A DNA stretch of 64,000 nucleotides from Macrostomum hystrix (Eukaryota; Animalia; Platyhelminthes): assembly GCA_950097015.1 (NCBI GenBank), contig CATNEN010000038.1:21452001-21516000 (forward strand), in the 5' to 3' direction. Each line of letters begins with the position of its first letter. The first letter of the stretch is position 1. The translations under genes were made by a program, and so were the position numbers. Of the stretch, positions 60,109-64,000 are shown in pieces. The notes under the pieces were generated by a model that saw nothing but the letters and a program-made list of their open reading frames with translations, was not told the DNA's origin and did no database searches.

Positions 60109-62538
60109 ATGGAAGAGACGCCAACTCCGATTGACGATTCTGGCGCTGGCAATCAGCAGGAACATCGCGATGATACGTTGGAGTCTCCGCAACCGTCAGA
60201 CCTGGCACCGGACCGTTTGTCGTCCCATAATCCAGGCCTTTGTCGGAAAAACCTCGGCAACGATCGCCGGACTAAGGCTGGAAACGCAATAAGACAAATA
60301 CGAACTCTGGTGTGGAAGCACTTCTTGGAGGAGATCCGACAACCGGTGCGTTTGCTCCCGATTTGGGATCCTGACTCACGATTTAGGATCTCTAGACTCA
60401 CGATTTGGGATCTAGACTCACGATTTGGGATCCTGACTCACGATTTGTGATCTCTAGACTCACGATTTGGGATCTAGACTCACGATTTGGGATCTAGACT
60501 CACGATTTGGGATCTAGACTCACGATTTGGGATCTAGACTCACGATTTGGGATCTAGACTCACGATTAGGAATCTAGACTCACGATTTGGGATCTAGACT
60601 CACGATTTGGGATCTAGACTCACGATTAGGAATCTAGACTCACGATTAGGTATCTAGACTCACGATTTGGGATCTCTAGACTCACGATTAGGTATCTAGA
60701 CTCACGATTTGGGATCTAGACTCACGATGTATGGGACATTCACTCACGATTCATGGGATCTTGGCTAATGATTCATGGAATCTTGACTCACGATTCAAGG
60801 GATCTTGGCTAGGACATTAACTCACTACTTTCGATCTAGGATAGTGAATTGCAAGTGGCCGATATTTGAGATTACAATTAATCCCAATTTATGAATAAAT
60901 TTTTAACTCCTAACAACAGTTCAAACTGCTAGCGCAGTGCTGCGTTCCCATTTTCGTCATTGGAGTACTGGTTATGGCTCACGCCATCACTAACAAGCAG
61001 AGAAGCTACTCGCACTGTGAGCACTCCTTTATTCCTTGATTGTACTCGCGTATTTCAATGCTTGCCAAGCTCCGGTTCACTTTCGTAGAAACCCCAAAAA
61101 CTTGACCCTGAATCACAAGAGCTAGACCCTGAATCACAAGAGCTAGACCCTGAATCACCAGAGCTAGACCCTGAATCACCAGAGCTAGACCCTGAATCAC
61201 AAGAGCTAGACCCTGAATCACAAGAAATAGGCCCTGAACAACCAAGAACTAGACCCTGAAGTACAAGAACTATACCCTGAAGTACAAGAACTAGACCCTG
61301 AAGTACAAGAACTAGACACTGAAGTACAAGAACTAGACACTTAATCACAAGAACTAGACACTGAAGTAGAAGAACTAGACCCTGAAGTACAAGAACTAGA
61401 CCCTGAAGTACAAGAACTAGACCCTGAAGTACAAGAACTAGACCCTGAAGTACAAGAACTAGACCCTGAAGTACAAGAACTATACCCTGAAGTACAAGAA
61501 CTAGACCCTGAACTACAAGAACTAGACACTGAACTACAAGAACTAGACACTTAATCACAAGAATTAGACACTGAAGTAGAAGAACTAGACCCTGAAGTAC
61601 AAGAACTAGACCCTGAAGTACAAGAACTAGACACTTAATCACAAGAACTAGACCCTGAAGTACAAGAACAAGACACTGAAGTACAAGAACTAGACACTTA
61701 ATCACAAGAACTAGACACTGAAGTAGAAGAACTAGACCCTGAAGTACAAGAATTAGACCCTGAATCACAAGAAATAGGCCCTGAACAACCAAGAACTAGA
61801 CCCTGAAGTACAAGAACTATACCCTGAAGTACAAGAACTAGACCCTGAAGTACAAGAACTAGACCCTGAACTACAAGAACAAGACACTGAAGTACAAGAA
61901 CTAGACACTGAAGTACAAGAACTAGACACTTAATCACAAGAACTAGACACTGAAGTAGAAGAACTAGACCCTGAAGTACAAGAACTAGACCCTGAAGTAC
62001 AAGAACTAGACCCTGAAGTACAAGAACTAGACCCTGAAGTACAAGAACTAGACCCTGAAGTACAAGAACTATACCCTGAAGTACAAGAACTAGACCCTGA
62101 ACTACAAGAACTAGACACTGAACTACAAGAACTAGACACTTAATCACAAGAATTAGACACTGAAGTAGAAGAACTAGACCCTGAAGTACAAGAACTAGAC
62201 CCTGAAGTACAAGAACTAGACACTTAATCACAAGAACTAGACCCTGAAGTACAAGAACAAGACACTGAATTATAAGAACTAGACCCTGAAGTACAAGAAC
62301 TAGACCCTGAAGTACAAGAACTAGACCCTGAATCACAAGAACTAGACCCTGAACTTAACTAAACCTTAATTTATGTGAAAATCGTTAATCTCAAAGGTTT
62401 CTTCCAGCCGAAGGCGCTGCCCACATCTGGAGTGCTGAGTTTCTTTCAAACTAAGCTATGCGACTGGAACAGCACCTGTTTGGATCACGAACACCCTGTT
62501 AGAGGCTCCGATTTGCGTGGCTTCAGTTTTCCGGAAAG
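60109..62538 (+). CDS. ABCA-subfamily lipid transporter, 5' exons 60109-60345, 60920-61016, 62397-62538 (continues beyond the window)
   Basis: The spliced frame RQIRTLVWKHFLEEIRQP|FKLLAQCCVPIFVIGVLV...|CFFQPKALPTSGVLSFFQTKLCDWNSTC parallels the ABCA1/4/12 N-terminus (QLxLLLWKN...RQ; CHFPNKAMPSAGxLPWxQxxxC). Confidence 0.88.
60361..60800. repeat. 20-bp intronic minisatellite
   Basis: (tctagactcacgatttggga)n. Confidence 0.95.
61104..62353. repeat. 21-bp intronic minisatellite with a higher-order (~589 bp) duplication
   Basis: (ccctgaagtacaagaactaga)n; the variant pattern at 61341-61550 recurs at 61930-62139. Confidence 0.95.
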
Positions 62539-62779
62539 GTAACTGACTGATAATGTCCTACTGATATCATATTGATTAATTAATGGATCTGCTATCTGGA
62601 TCTATTAATTCTTTGAAAATAAGTAAAAAAATGAAACATTTAATTCGAAACATTGGAGATTCATTGGTTGGAAATCGATATTTTGATGAATTTTCAGAAT
62701 CGATGATTGATTTGTTACATTGTCTATTGATGGCTCTTTTCAATCTCTGGATAGTTTTATTTCATTAATCGAATGAATG

Positions 62780-64000
62780 GATCAGTTTTATCGATCTATT
62801 ATTGTTCGATCAGTTTTATCGATCTATTATTGTTCGATCAGTTTTATCGATCTATTATTGTTCGATCAGTTTTATCGATCTATTATTGTTCGACCAGTTT
62901 TATCGATCTATTATTGTTCGATCAGTTTTATCGATCTATTATTGTTCGATCAGTTTTATCGATCTATTATTGTTCGACCAGTTTTATCGATCTATTATTG
63001 TTCGATCAGTTTTATCGATCTATTATTGTTCGACCAGTTTTATCGATCTATTATTGTTCGATCAGTTTTATCGATCTATTATTGTTCGATCAGTTTTATC
63101 GATCTATTATTGTTCGACCAGTTTTATCGATCTATTATTGTTCGACCAGTTTTATCGATCTATTATTGTTCGACCAGTTTTATCGATCTATTATTGTTCG
63201 ATCAGTTTTATCGATCTATTATTGTTCGACCAGTTTTATCGATCTATTATTGTTCGATCAGTTTTATCGTTCTATTATTGTTCGATCAGTTTTATCGATC
63301 TATTATTGTTCGATCAGTTTTATCGATCTATTATTGTTCGACCAGTTTTATCGATCTATTATTGTTCGACCAGTTTTATCGATCTATTATTGTTCGATCA
63401 GTTTTATCGATCTATTATTGTTCGATCAGTTTTATCGATCTATTATTGTTCGATCAGTTTTATCGATCTATTATTGTTCGATCAGTTTTATCGATCTCTT
63501 ATTGTTCGATCAGTTTTATCGATCTATTATTGTTCGATCAGTTTTATCGATCTATTATTGTTCGATCAGTTTTATCGATCTATTATTGTTCGATCAGTTT
63601 TATCGATCTATTATTGTTCGACCAGTTTTATCGATCTATTATTGTTCGATCAGTTTTATCGATCTATTATTGTTCGATCAGTTTTATTTTATCGATCTAT
63701 TATTGTTCGATCAGTTTTATCGTTCTATTATTGTTCGATCAGTTTTATCGATCTATTATTGTTCGATCAGTTTTATCGATCTATTATTGTTCGACCAGTT
63801 TTATCGATCTATTATTGTTCGATCAGTTTTATCGATCTATTATTGTTCGATCAGTTTTATTTTATCGATCTATTATTGTTCGATCAGTTTTATCGTTCTA
63901 TTATTGTTCGATCAGTTTTATCGATCTATTATTGTTCGATCAGTTTTATCGATCTATTATTGTTCGATCAGTTTTATCGATCTATTATTGTTCGATCAGT
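62780..64000. repeat. 28-bp intronic minisatellite running off the window
   Basis: (gatcagttttatcgatctattattgttc)n. Confidence 0.95.

Overview
Eukaryotic, intron-containing animal DNA that is very rich in minisatellites. The style (GT-AG introns filled with local tandem repeats, AG acceptors just before start codons, closely packed co-oriented genes) suggests a free-living flatworm such as Macrostomum; this is inference only. Host genes supported by spliced reading frames: a PLAT/LH2-domain gene (-), TBCB, TTC27, RPS17, a small single-pass membrane protein, a TTL-family ligase, an intronless clan-3 (CYP3-like) P450, an uncharacterised ~1196-aa internally duplicated protein, and the 5' exons of an ABCA transporter. 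Mobile DNA: a DD34D mariner with an unbroken ORF inserted into a tRNA-derived SINE, two tRNA-derived SINE families, CCATAGA-ended MITEs and a 5S rRNA-derived copy. The highlight is an ~8 kb CACTA/EnSpm-like DNA transposon lying antisense in TBCB intron 1. It carries a decayed transposase, a decayed BEN-domain-like gene and an uninterrupted miniature CtIP/Sae2 (DNA end-resection factor) homologue with an expanded TQ repeat. All family calls come from motif recognition by eye, not database searches.
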